64,000 bases of DNA. Origin: Myxococcota bacterium (GTDB lineage Bacteria > Myxococcota_A > UBA9160 > UBA4427). Within the stretch, counting starts at the first letter, position 1. Every line of letters starts with the position of its first letter. A program made the translations under genes and the position numbers. The DNA lies in the NCBI GenBank assembly GCA_046583195.1, contig JAYGCV010000057.1, positions 13,237 through 77,236 of the forward strand. Direction: 5' to 3'. Below, piece by piece: positions 54,423 to 64,000 of this stretch. A model generated the notes under the pieces. It worked only from the letters and a program-made list of their open reading frames with translations, ran no database searches and was not told the origin of the DNA.

Positions 54423-57400
54423 GTGGCACGCAGCGCACTGCGGTGGCTCGTCGCGATCGCCCTGGTCGGGGCGGCGAGCGCGTCCGCCGTGCCCAGTCTG
54501 AAGTCCGCCGCGCCCGGTTTGAAGTCTGCCGCGTTCGGTCTGAAGGCTGCGCCCGATCTCAGTGTCGGGGCGCCGGTCGAAATCGTGCTGCCCGACTACG
54601 GGGCGGTGGTGCGGGCCTTCGTGGCGCGGCCGCCCGCCTGGAACGAGACCCTGGTGAACGTGGGACGCGGGCACGGGCGGGGCGCTCCCGAGCGACGCGC
54701 GGGCTGGCTGCAAAAGCATTGGTTGCTGCTCGACTCGGTCGACCGCAGCAGCGACACCGCCTCGAACGATTTCCTGCACCACCGCGGGATTTTCCGCGAC
54801 TGGAACGGCAGTAACGAGTACCAGGAGACTCTCCACTTCCGGGAAGAAGGCGTTCGGGCGCTGCTCTGGGATCGCGGCGGCCTGGCGCGCGATCTCGAGG
54901 GCCGCCCGGTGCTCCATCCGCGCTTCAACCTCTCTCAAAAGAAGTGGCGAGCGCGCTGGGATTACGACGTCTATTTCGCCAACCACGCGGCGCCGCGCTG
55001 GGCGGCGATCGTCGATCGCGATTGGCTGACGAGTCCGCTCTTCGGCGACGGGCTGTCCCAGGACAACATCGGCAACGCGGTCGATGGTGCGGGTTCTTTC
55101 GGCGACCTCGACGCGCGATTCTTCCAGCATCACCTCGAGCAGACCGGGCGTCTCCCGGGCTACCGCAGCCGCGGCCTGGGCATCCGTGGTGAATTGAAGC
55201 AAGGCCTGGTGCCGCGCCTGCAGGGTGTCTCCGAGGGCGAAGCGGCTTCGATCCGGCGGCAGGATCCCGTCTATTCCGAATATTGGCGCTTTCGAAACCT
55301 GCTCCAGCTCTACTCTTTTTCCAGGAGTTACGAAGCGGTGAAGGCCGTGGCCGCCCGGCGTGGGCGGAGCTTCGACGTACACGGCAATCAGGATGGCTTC
55401 GTGATCGGCTACCAGCCCTACAAGGTGCTGCTCTCCGATTTCGTCGACAGCATCTGGTTCGAATCCTCGGGCTTCTCCGAGCGCGATCTCATCACCCGCG
55501 ATCTGTCGAATGCCTGGGGTCCCTTCCGCTTCGAAATGGCCGAGGCCATGGCCGGGCCGCGGAAGCCGATCCTCGGGCTCTCGAAGCTGGAGAAGAGGAC
55601 CCCGGACCTGTGGGCGAATGCCCTGGCCGAGGTCAGCGCCGGGGGCGGCGCGCTGATCCTCAACCCGGAGAAGGACCCGGAGGGTTCTCCGGAGCGAGCC
55701 GTGTCCGACGCTTTCCTGGTCTTTCGCGACGAGCACCGCGCGCTGTTCGAGCGCGCCGGAAGGCTGCGTCACGCCGGCGTTGCGGTCTTGTATTCGCTTC
55801 CGACCTTCCTCTATGACCAGGCCTCGCGCGATTTCAACACGAAGGCGATGCGCGACCTTGGGGGGGTGGCGCGTGCCCTCGAGGAGGGGCACCTCTCCTA
55901 CGACGTGCTGCTGGTGCCCGACGCCGAGTTTCGACCGGACGACCTCTCGCTCGCGACATTGCGGCGCTACGAGGTATTGATCCTGCCCTCGGTGGCACTG
56001 GTGTCCCGGCGGCACGCCGACCTGCTGCGCCAGTTCGCGGCGCAGGGGGGCACGCTGATTGCCGTGGGCGATCTGGGTACCCGCGACGCCCGGGGGCAGC
56101 CGCGAACGCCGTCGCTGGGGGCCGAGCTGCGGACCGCCGGGGAATTGCTCGAGCCACTGGGGGACGCGTCGTTCCCCCGTTCGCGACGTCCGCGAACGGC
56201 TGCGGTCGAAGCGCAATGGCGTGCATTGGCCGACGCGACGCGCGGAGCCCTTTCTCGGCCGGTGCTTTCGGGGATGCTGCCGGAAAAGTTGTGGATCAAG
56301 GCTTGGCGTCACGGCGACGATCTCTTCTCGCTCCACTTCGTGAACTACGCCCTTGACTCTGTAGCGGGAAAGGTGAACCCGCGGCCCGCGTTTACCGCCC
56401 GCATCCGCCCGCCCGCGGAACTGGCGGTGGAGGAAGCGCGTTGGTTGGTGCCGGGACGGCCCGCGCGCTCCCTCGATTTCAAACGGGCAGCCGACGTGGT
56501 CGAAGTCCAACTGCCCTCCGTCGACGCCTACGGCGTGCTGGTGCTCGGGCCCCGCGGTCGCGAAGCGCAAGAGAGCGCGCTGCGTCGCGGGCGGCGGCTA
56601 CTCCTGCGTGCGAGCTTCGCGGGGTGCGAGCGGAGCGACACCGCTTCTCGAGTCGCGGCGGTGGAGGCGATCCTCGCGAAGCAGGGCGCGCCTGCCTTCG
56701 ATGCTGCGGCACAGGCTCTTTTGGAATCGATCGCCCGGCAAAACGAGCGGGAGTATGTCGCCTTCGTGGAGGGCGTGGCCCAGCTGGGAGCCGCGATTCG
56801 CGCCTTCGATTTCGGCAACGAGCGCGCGACGGCAGGCTGGACCCTCGTGGCACCGGATGATCTCTACCGGTCCGAGCGCGGGTGGGGGTGGCTCACGAGC
56901 CTGGATCAGTCGGAGCCGACCCCCGAAGAACGCTTTGAAGTCACGAAGAAGAGCCACGCTCGCGATTGGAACGCGATCCGCGTGGGGCGGCATGCCAGCT
57001 GGCCGCATGAGTCGGCGCTGCCGCTGGTGCTGCGCAAGCTCCTGGTGAGCGGTCGGCAGCAGCGCTTCCGGGTGGACGTCCCGGACGGTCGCTACCGCGT
57101 GCGTCTCGTCGAGACATCGCCCGCCGCCGCGTACAAAATCCGCGTCGTCTCGGGGGCGGTGAGCGTGAACGGGGCGCCGGTTCTGCTGGATGCTGGTTTC
57201 GAGCCCGGGTCTGTGGTCGAACGTCACTTTGAGGCGGATGCCCGCGACGGGCACATCGAACTGGCCTTCGGGGCGGCGAACGGTTGGGCGATCTCGCTGC
57301 TGGCGATCGAGGAAGCGGCGTCGGGGAAGGGCGACGCGCCGATTCGCGGAGCGATCCGCGATTGGCAGGTCTCGCCGCGGCGGCCCAATCCCGAGTGGTT

Positions 57401-57797
57401 CCCACTGGACGAAGTGGCCCCGCCCTCAAAGGCGGTGCTCGCGGCGGTCGCGAACGAGGGGTGGGTTCCGGTCAGCGCGGCGTCGAAAGGGCTGCCGGTG
57501 GTTTCGCTGGGAACGCCGGCCCAGGCGGAGATCGGAGACGTGGTCTACGCACGGGCGATCGTCTCGAAGAGCGAAGCGGGGCGGGCTCGGCTGGCAGTCG
57601 GGGGCACGAGTGCCGCCCGGGTCTGGCTGAACGGCGAAGCGGTGCTCAGCCTCTCGAACCAGAAGGGCATCCTCGAGGCCGAGGTCGAGGCGGAAGTCAT
57701 GCTGCGCGCCGGTCGCAACGTGCTCGTTCTAGAACTCGAGCGCTTTTGGGAACGCCACTGGCTCTTCTACGCGACCCTCGCCGAGGCGAATCGCTAG
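54423..57797 (+). CDS. Large secreted protein of unknown function (GH42-like GATase1 trimerisation module and C-terminal galactose-binding-like domain suspected)
   Basis: 1124 aa. Signal peptide MARSALRWLVAIALVGAASASA. The mid-region GVAVLYSLPTF...YDVLLVPD...YEVLILPSVALVS...GGTLIAVGD resembles the beta-galactosidase trimerisation fold. The C-terminus (ARLAVGGTSAARVWLNGEAV...GRNVLVLEL) resembles GH2-type sugar-binding jelly rolls. Confidence 0.75.
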   Translation: MARSALRWLVAIALVGAASASAVPSLKSAAPGLKSAAFGLKAAPDLSVGAPVEIVLPDYGAVVRAFVARPPAWNETLVNVGRGHGRGAPERRAGWLQKHWLLLDSVDRSSDTASNDFLHHRGIFRDWNGSNEYQETLHFREEGVRALLWDRGGLARDLEGRPVLHPRFNLSQKKWRARWDYDVYFANHAAPRWAAIVDRDWLTSPLFGDGLSQDNIGNAVDGAGSFGDLDARFFQHHLEQTGRLPGYRSRGLGIRGELKQGLVPRLQGVSEGEAASIRRQDPVYSEYWRFRNLLQLYSFSRSYEAVKAVAARRGRSFDVHGNQDGFVIGYQPYKVLLSDFVDSIWFESSGFSERDLITRDLSNAWGPFRFEMAEAMAGPRKPILGLSKLEKRTPDLWANALAEVSAGGGALILNPEKDPEGSPERAVSDAFLVFRDEHRALFERAGRLRHAGVAVLYSLPTFLYDQASRDFNTKAMRDLGGVARALEEGHLSYDVLLVPDAEFRPDDLSLATLRRYEVLILPSVALVSRRHADLLRQFAAQGGTLIAVGDLGTRDARGQPRTPSLGAELRTAGELLEPLGDASFPRSRRPRTAAVEAQWRALADATRGALSRPVLSGMLPEKLWIKAWRHGDDLFSLHFVNYALDSVAGKVNPRPAFTARIRPPAELAVEEARWLVPGRPARSLDFKRAADVVEVQLPSVDAYGVLVLGPRGREAQESALRRGRRLLLRASFAGCERSDTASRVAAVEAILAKQGAPAFDAAAQALLESIARQNEREYVAFVEGVAQLGAAIRAFDFGNERATAGWTLVAPDDLYRSERGWGWLTSLDQSEPTPEERFEVTKKSHARDWNAIRVGRHASWPHESALPLVLRKLLVSGRQQRFRVDVPDGRYRVRLVETSPAAAYKIRVVSGAVSVNGAPVLLDAGFEPGSVVERHFEADARDGHIELAFGAANGWAISLLAIEEAASGKGDAPIRGAIRDWQVSPRRPNPEWFPLDEVAPPSKAVLAAVANEGWVPVSAASKGLPVVSLGTPAQAEIGDVVYARAIVSKSEAGRARLAVGGTSAARVWLNGEAVLSLSNQKGILEAEVEAEVMLRAGRNVLVLELERFWERHWLFYATLAEANR
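54495..54557 (+). repeat. In-frame 21-bp tandem repeat x3 (SLKSAAP / GLKSAAF / GLKAAPD) just after the signal peptide
   Basis: agtctgaagtccgccgcgccc / ggtttgaagtctgccgcgttc / ggtctgaaggctgcgcccgat, read directly from the sequence. Confidence 0.8.
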
Positions 57798-58678
57798 CCC
57801 GCCGCGGCGGCCCGGAGCGCTGGCTCGACGCGGGCCGGGTCGAGTTGCTTGTAGCGCCGCACGTCCTCGGGCATCGCGGTGACGGCGCGGGAGAGCGTGT
57901 CCCGCTCATCGTCGGAGAGGGCGGTGAACGGTGTGAGGTAGGTGCGGATCAGGAACACCGACGCTTGCACCGCCGGAAGCGGAATCGTCACCTGCCGCTC
58001 GACCCGCAACCAGCCGGGCCGGGTGTCCGGGGTGAAGCGGGAGCGGGGGTGGCGCGCCGGGTGGTGATCGAGGTGCGAGTCGGCGCACAGCGTCCAGACG
58101 AAGCGTACGAAGGGTCCGCGTTCGAGCATCGCGCGCACCAGGCTTCGTGCGGTTTCGGGTTGCTCGGCGAAGCCGGGGACGGCGGCGTGAACTTTTTGAA
58201 AGTTCGCCCCCAGGATGGCTTCTGGGCGCCAATCGCTCGGGAACGAAACGTGAAAGGCGACCACGCGGTCGTGGCCGACTGCGTTTCGGTGGAGGAGGAC
58301 GAGATCTTCTTGCAGCGCCAGGGCGAGGCGCTGCCAGCGCCGGGGCGTGGAGTCGGTGCTGGAAAGGGTGGCCCGAATCGACGGGTGCTCGCTGGCGACT
58401 GTGGTTTCGGCCCAGGCGAGAGCGGCCGAGTGGGCGAGGGTTTGCGCCTCTGATTCTTCGCGGGTGCCGAAGGCGCCCGGGGTCTGGTCGGCCGCGATGC
58501 GATGTTTCTGAGCCCGATACGCTTCGTACTCCCGGTCGACCTGGAAGTACAGGTGGTCCGCCGGGCCGTTCCCGAAGTCGGTCCCCAGCGGCCGTAGGCG
58601 TGGCGACATGGTGAGCGGAGTGGCCTCGACGGGGAAGTAGCGGCAGGGGGCGCGGCCCTGCCAGCGGGGTGTGCTCAC
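57794..58678 (-). CDS. DUF3445-family protein (haem-dependent oxidative N-demethylase alpha-subunit-like)
   Basis: 294 aa. GTG 58678 is preceded by AAGGGGGG. The family call is by overall resemblance (RYFPVE...LRPLG N-terminus, HLDHHP region) and is not verified. Confidence 0.6.
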   Translation of the reverse strand: MSTPRWQGRAPCRYFPVEATPLTMSPRLRPLGTDFGNGPADHLYFQVDREYEAYRAQKHRIAADQTPGAFGTREESEAQTLAHSAALAWAETTVASEHPSIRATLSSTDSTPRRWQRLALALQEDLVLLHRNAVGHDRVVAFHVSFPSDWRPEAILGANFQKVHAAVPGFAEQPETARSLVRAMLERGPFVRFVWTLCADSHLDHHPARHPRSRFTPDTRPGWLRVERQVTIPLPAVQASVFLIRTYLTPFTALSDDERDTLSRAVTAMPEDVRRYKQLDPARVEPALRAAAAG

Positions 58679-58856
58679 TCTGGGGCCCCCCCTTTTCGAG
58701 CGTCCTCTGGCGCAACGGCGCCCCGGCTGTGGCTCGGCGGAATAAAGATACTCTGCTGGCCCGGGAAAGGGCGGGGTTGCGAGGGCGGCGGGCCTGCGTC
58801 AGCGTGGGTTTCGCGGTCGGGCCGCGACTGCCGGGACTGGGGGGGGCGTTCGCAGG

Positions 58857-61331
58857 ATGGGGAATCGAGTCGAGGATCGGATTCCGCGCGGGGTCGGTCT
58901 TGGCATCGCCCTCTGCTCGTTGGCGGTGCTGATGGCAGAGGTGCTGCTGACGCGGATTTTTTCGTTCGCGATCTGGTACCACCTCGCCTATCTCACCTTG
59001 AGCACCGCGCTGCTCGGCTTCGGCGCGGCGGGCGCGCTGTTGGCGGTCTATCCAAAGCTCCTGGGCGACGGGCTGTCGCGGCGCCTCGGCCTGTGGTCGG
59101 CAGCGGCAGGGCTCGCGCTGCTCGGGAGCCTTGCGCTCCTGGCACCGCACCCGCTCGACCCGGACCGTCTGCTCGAAGAGCCCATGCAATTCTTCTTCGG
59201 GCTGCTCGGCTACTCGCTGCTGGTCGTGATTCCCTTCGTGCTGGCGGGGCTCGCGATCTCGGCCCCGCTCTCGCGCTGGCCCCATCGGATCGACCGCCTG
59301 TACGCGGCGGATCTTTTCGGCGCCGGGGTGGGGTGTCTTGTCGCCGTGGCCGCGCTCGCAACCCTCGACGGCCCCGCCACCCTGATGGTGTGTGCGGCGA
59401 TCTTCGCCGCGGCGGGAGCCTGCTACGCCGGCGCGGGGAACCTGCAGCGGCTACTGGGGGCGCTCGCGCTGGCGCTCGTGCTGCTGGCGCCGCAGGCCGC
59501 GAATTGGCTGGTCTTCGAGCCGGCGCCGAGCAAGCAGTTGGCGATCGGTCTGGCGCGAAAGGGGGCCATCACCCTGCACAGCGAGTGGAGCCCCGTGAAC
59601 CGGGTGGACGTCTATCAGGTTCCCGGAGCCCGCGGCGGGATGTGGGGAGGCTTTGGCCTCAACCCGTTCTTCGACGGCGAAATTCCGCGGGTCCTCGACA
59701 TCCAATACGACGGGCACAACGGCAGCAACGTCTTCGAGGTGAGGGGCCCCGACTCGCTGCGGATGCTCGACCATCACATCCTGCGCACGCCCTACCTGCT
59801 GCTGGATAAGCCGAAGGTTCTCGCCATCGGGGTGGGCGGCGGCATCGACATCCTGAACGCCCTCCACCAGGGCGCTCGCGAAGTCACCGGCGTCGAGTTG
59901 CAGCCGATCACCGTACGGCTCCACAACACCCTGCTCGCGGAATGGACCGGCGGCTGGTTGCAGCGGCCGGAGGTGAAGTTGGTGGCCGCGGAGGGGCGGC
60001 ACTACGTGCGCGCCTCGAACGAGCTCTTTGACCTGATTCAGATCACTGCGGTCGACACCTTCTCGGCCCAGTCGACCGGCGCCTACGTGCTCGCCGAGAG
60101 CTACCTCTACACCGTCGAGGCGTTCCGCGACTACCTCGCCCACCTCGAGCCCGATGGGGTGCTCTCGGTGGTGCTCGGCGATTGGCTCTATGCCGATCAG
60201 AACCTGCCCTCGCCGCTGGCGACCCGGTTGGCGCTGGTGGGCCGGCGCGCTCTCGAGGAAGAGGGCATCGCAGACCCCGCAGCGCACCTGGTGCTGCTGG
60301 CCCAGCGCTTTGATAACCCGGGGGATGGACCGGTCGCCGGTTCGATGATGGGTGCCCTGCTCGTCAAGAAGAAGCCATTCACGGCCGCAGAAGTCGAACG
60401 GCTGCGCCGCTTCGCCGCGTCGAATTTCTTCGAGTTGCGCATCGAGCCGGAGGGCCCGGGGGATCTTTCGGTTTCACGCATCGTGCACGCGCCGCCGGGC
60501 GAATTAGAGGCCGTGCTCGCGTCGCAGCCCTTCGCGCTCGAGCCCGTCACCGACTCGAAGCCCTTCTTCTACCACGTGCTTCGCTGGGCGAGTCTGTTTG
60601 GCGACGAACGCATTCTCTGGATCTTCCCGGGTTCCACCATGGGACAGGTGGTTCTCTTGATGATGTTGGTGCAGTCGCTGGTACTGGGAAGCCTGTTGAT
60701 TGGTGCACCGCTGTGGCGCGGCGCGCGCGAGGGGCTGTCGGGGAAGCGCACGCTCGCATTCCTCGGTTACTTCCTCAGCCTCGGCGTGGGCTTCATGTTG
60801 ATCGAGATCAGCTTCATCCAGAAGTACGTGCTGTTGCTTGGAGTGCCGACCTATTCGCTTTCGGTGACGCTGGCCTCGCTGCTGTTTTCGACGGCGCTCG
60901 GCGCGTTCTTCTGTCGCAGGGCCTGGGGGGCGCCGCGCCGTTTTCTTCTGGGGCTACTGTTCGCGACGATCGCGCTGGTGGCACTCGAAACCGCCGTAGT
61001 GCCGATGCTCCACGAGCACTTCCTCGACGCGACGCTGGCGGCCCGCATCGCCCTGACTGCGCTCTTGCAGTTGCCGATGGGTCTATGCCTCGGGATGTAC
61101 TTCCCGACCGGGATCGAGTTGCTGCGTCGTCACCACCCGCGTCTCGTGCCCTGGGCCTGGGCGGTCAATAGTCTCGGCTCGGTGGTGGCCTCAGTACTGG
61201 CAGTGATCCTGGCGATGGCGATCGGTTTCGACGGGGTGGCCTGGGTGGCGTTGGCGCTCTACGCCATCGGGACCCTGGGGCTGGTCCGCTCGCTGCCGCG
61301 AGCCGAGGCGCTGCGCAGCCTCGGCACCTAG
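58857..61331 (+). CDS. Polytopic membrane protein with embedded spermidine-synthase-like (class I methyltransferase fold) domain
   Basis: About 7 N-terminal TM helices. A soluble domain follows with [16 protein letters not shown]...VTGVELQP...[12 protein letters not shown]...EPDGVLSV. About 6 further TM helices follow at the C-terminus. Confidence 0.8.
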   Translation: MGNRVEDRIPRGVGLGIALCSLAVLMAEVLLTRIFSFAIWYHLAYLTLSTALLGFGAAGALLAVYPKLLGDGLSRRLGLWSAAAGLALLGSLALLAPHPLDPDRLLEEPMQFFFGLLGYSLLVVIPFVLAGLAISAPLSRWPHRIDRLYAADLFGAGVGCLVAVAALATLDGPATLMVCAAIFAAAGACYAGAGNLQRLLGALALALVLLAPQAANWLVFEPAPSKQLAIGLARKGAITLHSEWSPVNRVDVYQVPGARGGMWGGFGLNPFFDGEIPRVLDIQYDGHNGSNVFEVRGPDSLRMLDHHILRTPYLLLDKPKVLAIGVGGGIDILNALHQGAREVTGVELQPITVRLHNTLLAEWTGGWLQRPEVKLVAAEGRHYVRASNELFDLIQITAVDTFSAQSTGAYVLAESYLYTVEAFRDYLAHLEPDGVLSVVLGDWLYADQNLPSPLATRLALVGRRALEEEGIADPAAHLVLLAQRFDNPGDGPVAGSMMGALLVKKKPFTAAEVERLRRFAASNFFELRIEPEGPGDLSVSRIVHAPPGELEAVLASQPFALEPVTDSKPFFYHVLRWASLFGDERILWIFPGSTMGQVVLLMMLVQSLVLGSLLIGAPLWRGAREGLSGKRTLAFLGYFLSLGVGFMLIEISFIQKYVLLLGVPTYSLSVTLASLLFSTALGAFFCRRAWGAPRRFLLGLLFATIALVALETAVVPMLHEHFLDATLAARIALTALLQLPMGLCLGMYFPTGIELLRRHHPRLVPWAWAVNSLGSVVASVLAVILAMAIGFDGVAWVALALYAIGTLGLVRSLPRAEALRSLGT

Positions 61332-63661
61332 CCCGGGTCGGCCACCGGCAGCGGGGTGACCTCGCGCACCTGTCTCGCCAGCTCGTTGGGGTCGGTCGTA
61401 GGAAACGAGCAGACGCGGTCGATGCAGACGTAGGCGGTCGCGCGATCCTTGCGCGCGACCTTGCTTCCGAGCAGCGGCACCAACGCGGCGTGGGCCGCAA
61501 AGCCAGCTCCCTCGGGTACGACACTGAGGATCCGGTTGGGCACGAAGCTGCTGCGGAGCGGCGCGATCAAACGGTCGCCGCTGCCGCCAGCGGGGGTCAC
61601 CACCATGATCTCGAGGGGGGTGTCGAGAAGGTAGTCGGCGGCCACCAGGGACGAACCCGAGCCGAGAGGATCGGCGTCGAGGGCCGCTCCGCGGATCGCG
61701 AGGATCTGCTGGGCGCGTTCCGCCAGGGTCGGGTCGTCGATGAAGCCCGAGAGGCGCAGCAGGTTGAGCGCGCTGACCGCGTTGCCCGAGGGCAGGGCAC
61801 CGTCGCGGAAGGGTTTCGATCGAACCAAGAGGGTTTCGTGGTCGTCGGCCGTGCGGAAGAAGCCGCCGCCCTCGAGGTCGGCATAGTGTCGGTCGAGGAT
61901 CTCCTGAAGCGAGATCGCCTCTCGCAGCCAACGCGGATCGCTATCGGCTTCGTAGAGGTCGAGCAGGCCGGCCACGACGAAGGCGTAGTCTTCGAGAAAG
62001 GCCGGGCCCGAGGAGCGACCGCGCCGATGCATGCGCTGCAGTCGGCCGTCCTTCTGCATCTGGCGAAGGACGAAGTTGGCGGCACGCCGCGCGACCGCGA
62101 GGTTGCTCGAATCATCGAAGGCGAAGGCTGCCTTCGCAAAGGCCGAGATCGCGAGCCCGTTCCAGGCCGCCAGGATCTTGTCATCAAGACCGGGGGGTGT
62201 GCGCGCCTGCCGAGCGCGGTAGAGAGCGCCGAGGGCGTCGGTCAGAATCTGGTCGACTTCCGCTCCGGAGATTCCGAAGCGCACAGCGACTTCCTCGCTC
62301 GAAGCGGCGCGGTGCAGGATCGAGCGGCCTTCGACGTGGCCTTTCGGGGTGACGCCAAGGGCGGCGCCGACGATGGCGGCGCGTCCCGGACCGAGCACGG
62401 CTTCGAGTTCGCCGGGGGTCCAGGTGAAGTAGAAGCCCTCTTCCGACTCGCCTTCGAGGTTCAGACTGTCGGCGTCGGTGGCCGAGTAGAAACCCCCGCC
62501 GGGCGAACGCAATTCGCGCGCGAGGTAGTCGAGGACTTCGCGCGCCACCGCCTCGAAATCGGCGCGGCCCGTGGCCTGGGCGGCCTCGACGTAGAGACTG
62601 GCGAGCAGGGCGTTGTCGTAGAGCATCTTTTCGAAGTGCGGGACGCGCCACTCGGGATCGGTGGAATAGCGGTGGAAGCCGCCGCCGGCGGAGTCGAAGA
62701 GACCCCCGTCGGCCATCGCTTCGAGGCTGCGGGTGACGATGGCGAGCGCTTCGGTGTCGCCGGTGCGCCGGTGGTATCGCAGCAGGAAGCCAAGCGGCAG
62801 GCCCGACGGGAACTTGATCCGCCCGGCGGCACCGCCGTAGGTGGGGTCGGCCTTCGCAAGCGCGCGGCGGGCGGCCCGGTGCAGCGTGGCGGCGGTCGGC
62901 CCGGAGTTGCCCGTCGCGCGTTTCGGTGTCAACTGGGCCGCGAGGCGCTGCGAAATTGCGGCGGCGCGCTCGGCCAGCCCTGCAGGGTTTTCCTGCCAGT
63001 CGCGCGACAGGGTCTCGAGCACCCGGCGAAAGCCCGGACGGCCGCGCGAATCCTGCGGCGGAAAGTAGGTCCCCCCGTAGAAGGGCTGGGCGTCGGGGGT
63101 GAGCCACACGTTGAGGGGCCAGCCGCCGCGTTGACCCAGCGCATGGATCGCGCCCATGTAGATCTCATCGAGGTCCGGGCGCGACTCGCGGTCGACCTTG
63201 ATCGCCACGAACTTGCGATTGAGAAGCGCCGCGGTGGTGGGGTCGTCGAAGCTCTCCTCTTCCATTACATGGCACCAGTGGCAGGTCGAGTAACCGATGC
63301 TGAGCAGGACCGGGACGTTTCGGCGCCGGGCCTCGGTGAAGGCCGCCGGGCCCCAGGGGTACCAGTTGACGGGGTTGTGGGCGTGCTGGAGGAGGTACGG
63401 GCTCGATTCGAGCGCCAACCGATTGGTGTAGATCGGTGCGCCGTCCGGCTCGAGGTGGCGGCTGCGCACCTTAAAATCGGCGGGGCGGCTGGCCACCGCA
63501 GCGGCGAGCTGCGCCTCGAGAGCGGGCGAGAAGGCGGGGGCTCCGGGGAGGGCCGTCCGCGCCGGCGGTGCGGCGTCCGCACCGAGGGCGCTGAAGAGTG
63601 CGAGCGCGAGAAGGACCCGCTGGAAACGCGAGGGGCTTCTGCGGCGGCGGTGCAAGAGCAT
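61328..63661 (-). CDS. Thioredoxin-domain (DUF255) / YyaL-SSP411 family protein, exported
   Basis: Signal peptide. [38 protein letters not shown] (CxxC) is followed by an (alpha/alpha)6 N-acylglucosamine-epimerase-like region. Confidence 0.9.
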   Translation of the reverse strand: MLLHRRRRSPSRFQRVLLALALFSALGADAAPPARTALPGAPAFSPALEAQLAAAVASRPADFKVRSRHLEPDGAPIYTNRLALESSPYLLQHAHNPVNWYPWGPAAFTEARRRNVPVLLSIGYSTCHWCHVMEEESFDDPTTAALLNRKFVAIKVDRESRPDLDEIYMGAIHALGQRGGWPLNVWLTPDAQPFYGGTYFPPQDSRGRPGFRRVLETLSRDWQENPAGLAERAAAISQRLAAQLTPKRATGNSGPTAATLHRAARRALAKADPTYGGAAGRIKFPSGLPLGFLLRYHRRTGDTEALAIVTRSLEAMADGGLFDSAGGGFHRYSTDPEWRVPHFEKMLYDNALLASLYVEAAQATGRADFEAVAREVLDYLARELRSPGGGFYSATDADSLNLEGESEEGFYFTWTPGELEAVLGPGRAAIVGAALGVTPKGHVEGRSILHRAASSEEVAVRFGISGAEVDQILTDALGALYRARQARTPPGLDDKILAAWNGLAISAFAKAAFAFDDSSNLAVARRAANFVLRQMQKDGRLQRMHRRGRSSGPAFLEDYAFVVAGLLDLYEADSDPRWLREAISLQEILDRHYADLEGGGFFRTADDHETLLVRSKPFRDGALPSGNAVSALNLLRLSGFIDDPTLAERAQQILAIRGAALDADPLGSGSSLVAADYLLDTPLEIMVVTPAGGSGDRLIAPLRSSFVPNRILSVVPEGAGFAAHAALVPLLGSKVARKDRATAYVCIDRVCSFPTTDPNELARQVREVTPLPVADPG

Positions 63662-63735
63662 CGGCCCGAGGATATCGGGTCTTTGCCGCCGGGCGACCGC
63701 CCGGCGTCCGTCCGGCGTGCGGGCGAAGGCAGGCG

Positions 63736-64000
63736 CTACTGGAGCAGTGCGAGCAGGTCTTCGCGGCTGAGCGCGGCGGCCGCACCCGCGCCGGTGAGCG
63801 CGGCCTCGGCGAGTCGGCGTTTCGCCTGTTGGAGTTCGAGGATCCCTTCCTCGACGGTCTTGCGGGCCACGAGTCGGTGGATCATGACCGGGTGGTCCTG
63901 TCCGATCCGGTGGGCGCGATCAGCGGCCTGATCCTCGACGGCCGGGTTCCACCAGGGATCCACCAGGAAGACGTGGTCGGCGGCCGTCAGGTTGAGGCCG
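63736..64000 (-). CDS. SNF2-family helicase/ATPase, C-terminal fragment (gene continues beyond window end)
   Basis: The reverse strand reads [57 protein letters not shown], which is helicase motifs V-VI of SNF2/RapA-type proteins. Confidence 0.85.
   Translation of the reverse strand, partial: GLNLTAADHVFLVDPWWNPAVEDQAADRAHRIGQDHPVMIHRLVARKTVEEGILELQQAKRRLAEAALTGAGAAAALSREDLLALLQ

Noticed and set aside
54402-56570. 722-aa minus-strand ORF antisense to the large secreted protein gene
   Set aside because: This is the same GC-driven artefact. It is Arg/Pro/Gly-rich, has no signal or domain pattern and has no ribosome-binding site. The plus-strand frame has a clean signal peptide and protein-like composition.
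61490-63931. 813-aa plus-strand ORF antisense to the YyaL-type thioredoxin-domain gene and the SNF2 fragment
   Set aside because: The minus-strand frame carries the unmistakable DUF255 CxxC signature. The plus-strand translation is low-complexity (G/R/A/E runs).

Overview
GC-rich bacterial chromosomal segment (third codon positions are almost all G/C). It is densely coding on both strands, with about 50 supported CDS. I recognised no rRNA, tRNA, CRISPR array, transposase or integrase. TolC-family proteins, RND/MFP pumps, PqiAB and Sec/Tat signals point to a diderm host. All functional calls come from reading motifs in the supplied translations; no BLAST or HMM search was run.

Blocks:
- (1) 0-8.8 kb: lipid and sugar redox enzymes. 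These include a desaturase fragment, an FAD oxidoreductase, a crotonase, a KDSR-like SDR coupled to an unknown protein, a second SDR, an epimerase, a GT4 and a YkgJ Cys-cluster protein.
- (2) 8.9-14.2 kb: tetR-MFP-RND efflux operon with a triple GAAC-N4-GTTC candidate operator.
- (3) 14.2-19.7 kb: acyl-CoA synthetase, ychF and an HpnN-type MMPL exporter.
- (4) 19.7-26.9 kb: one seven-gene respiratory operon. It joins a caa3-type oxidase (ctaCDE), an unknown membrane protein, a dihaem cytochrome c, a Rieske protein and a cytochrome b fused to a cytochrome c domain.
- (5) 27-33.5 kb: GltS-like FMN enzyme, PoxB-like TPP enzyme, Nudix hydrolase and pqiAB.
- (6) 33.5-44.3 kb: envelope glycolipid-type locus. 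HpnI-, HpnL- and HpnK-like genes sit with a ferritin-like diiron protein, a DegT aminotransferase and an epimerase. A TolC/MFP/ABC exporter is embedded, with its ATPase and permease on convergent operons.
- (7) 44.5-53.8 kb: fatty-acid and alcohol metabolism, glnS, and a signal-peptide-bearing atypical kinase-like protein.
- (8) 53.8-64 kb: secreted and membrane proteins, then an SNF2 helicase fragment at the edge.

Most of the window looks like ordinary core and envelope metabolism. The best candidates for something not yet described are the glycolipid-plus-exporter locus (33.5-44.3 kb), the bc/caa3 operon with its orphan membrane subunit, and the secreted kinase-like protein. No obvious defence or mobile system is visible.
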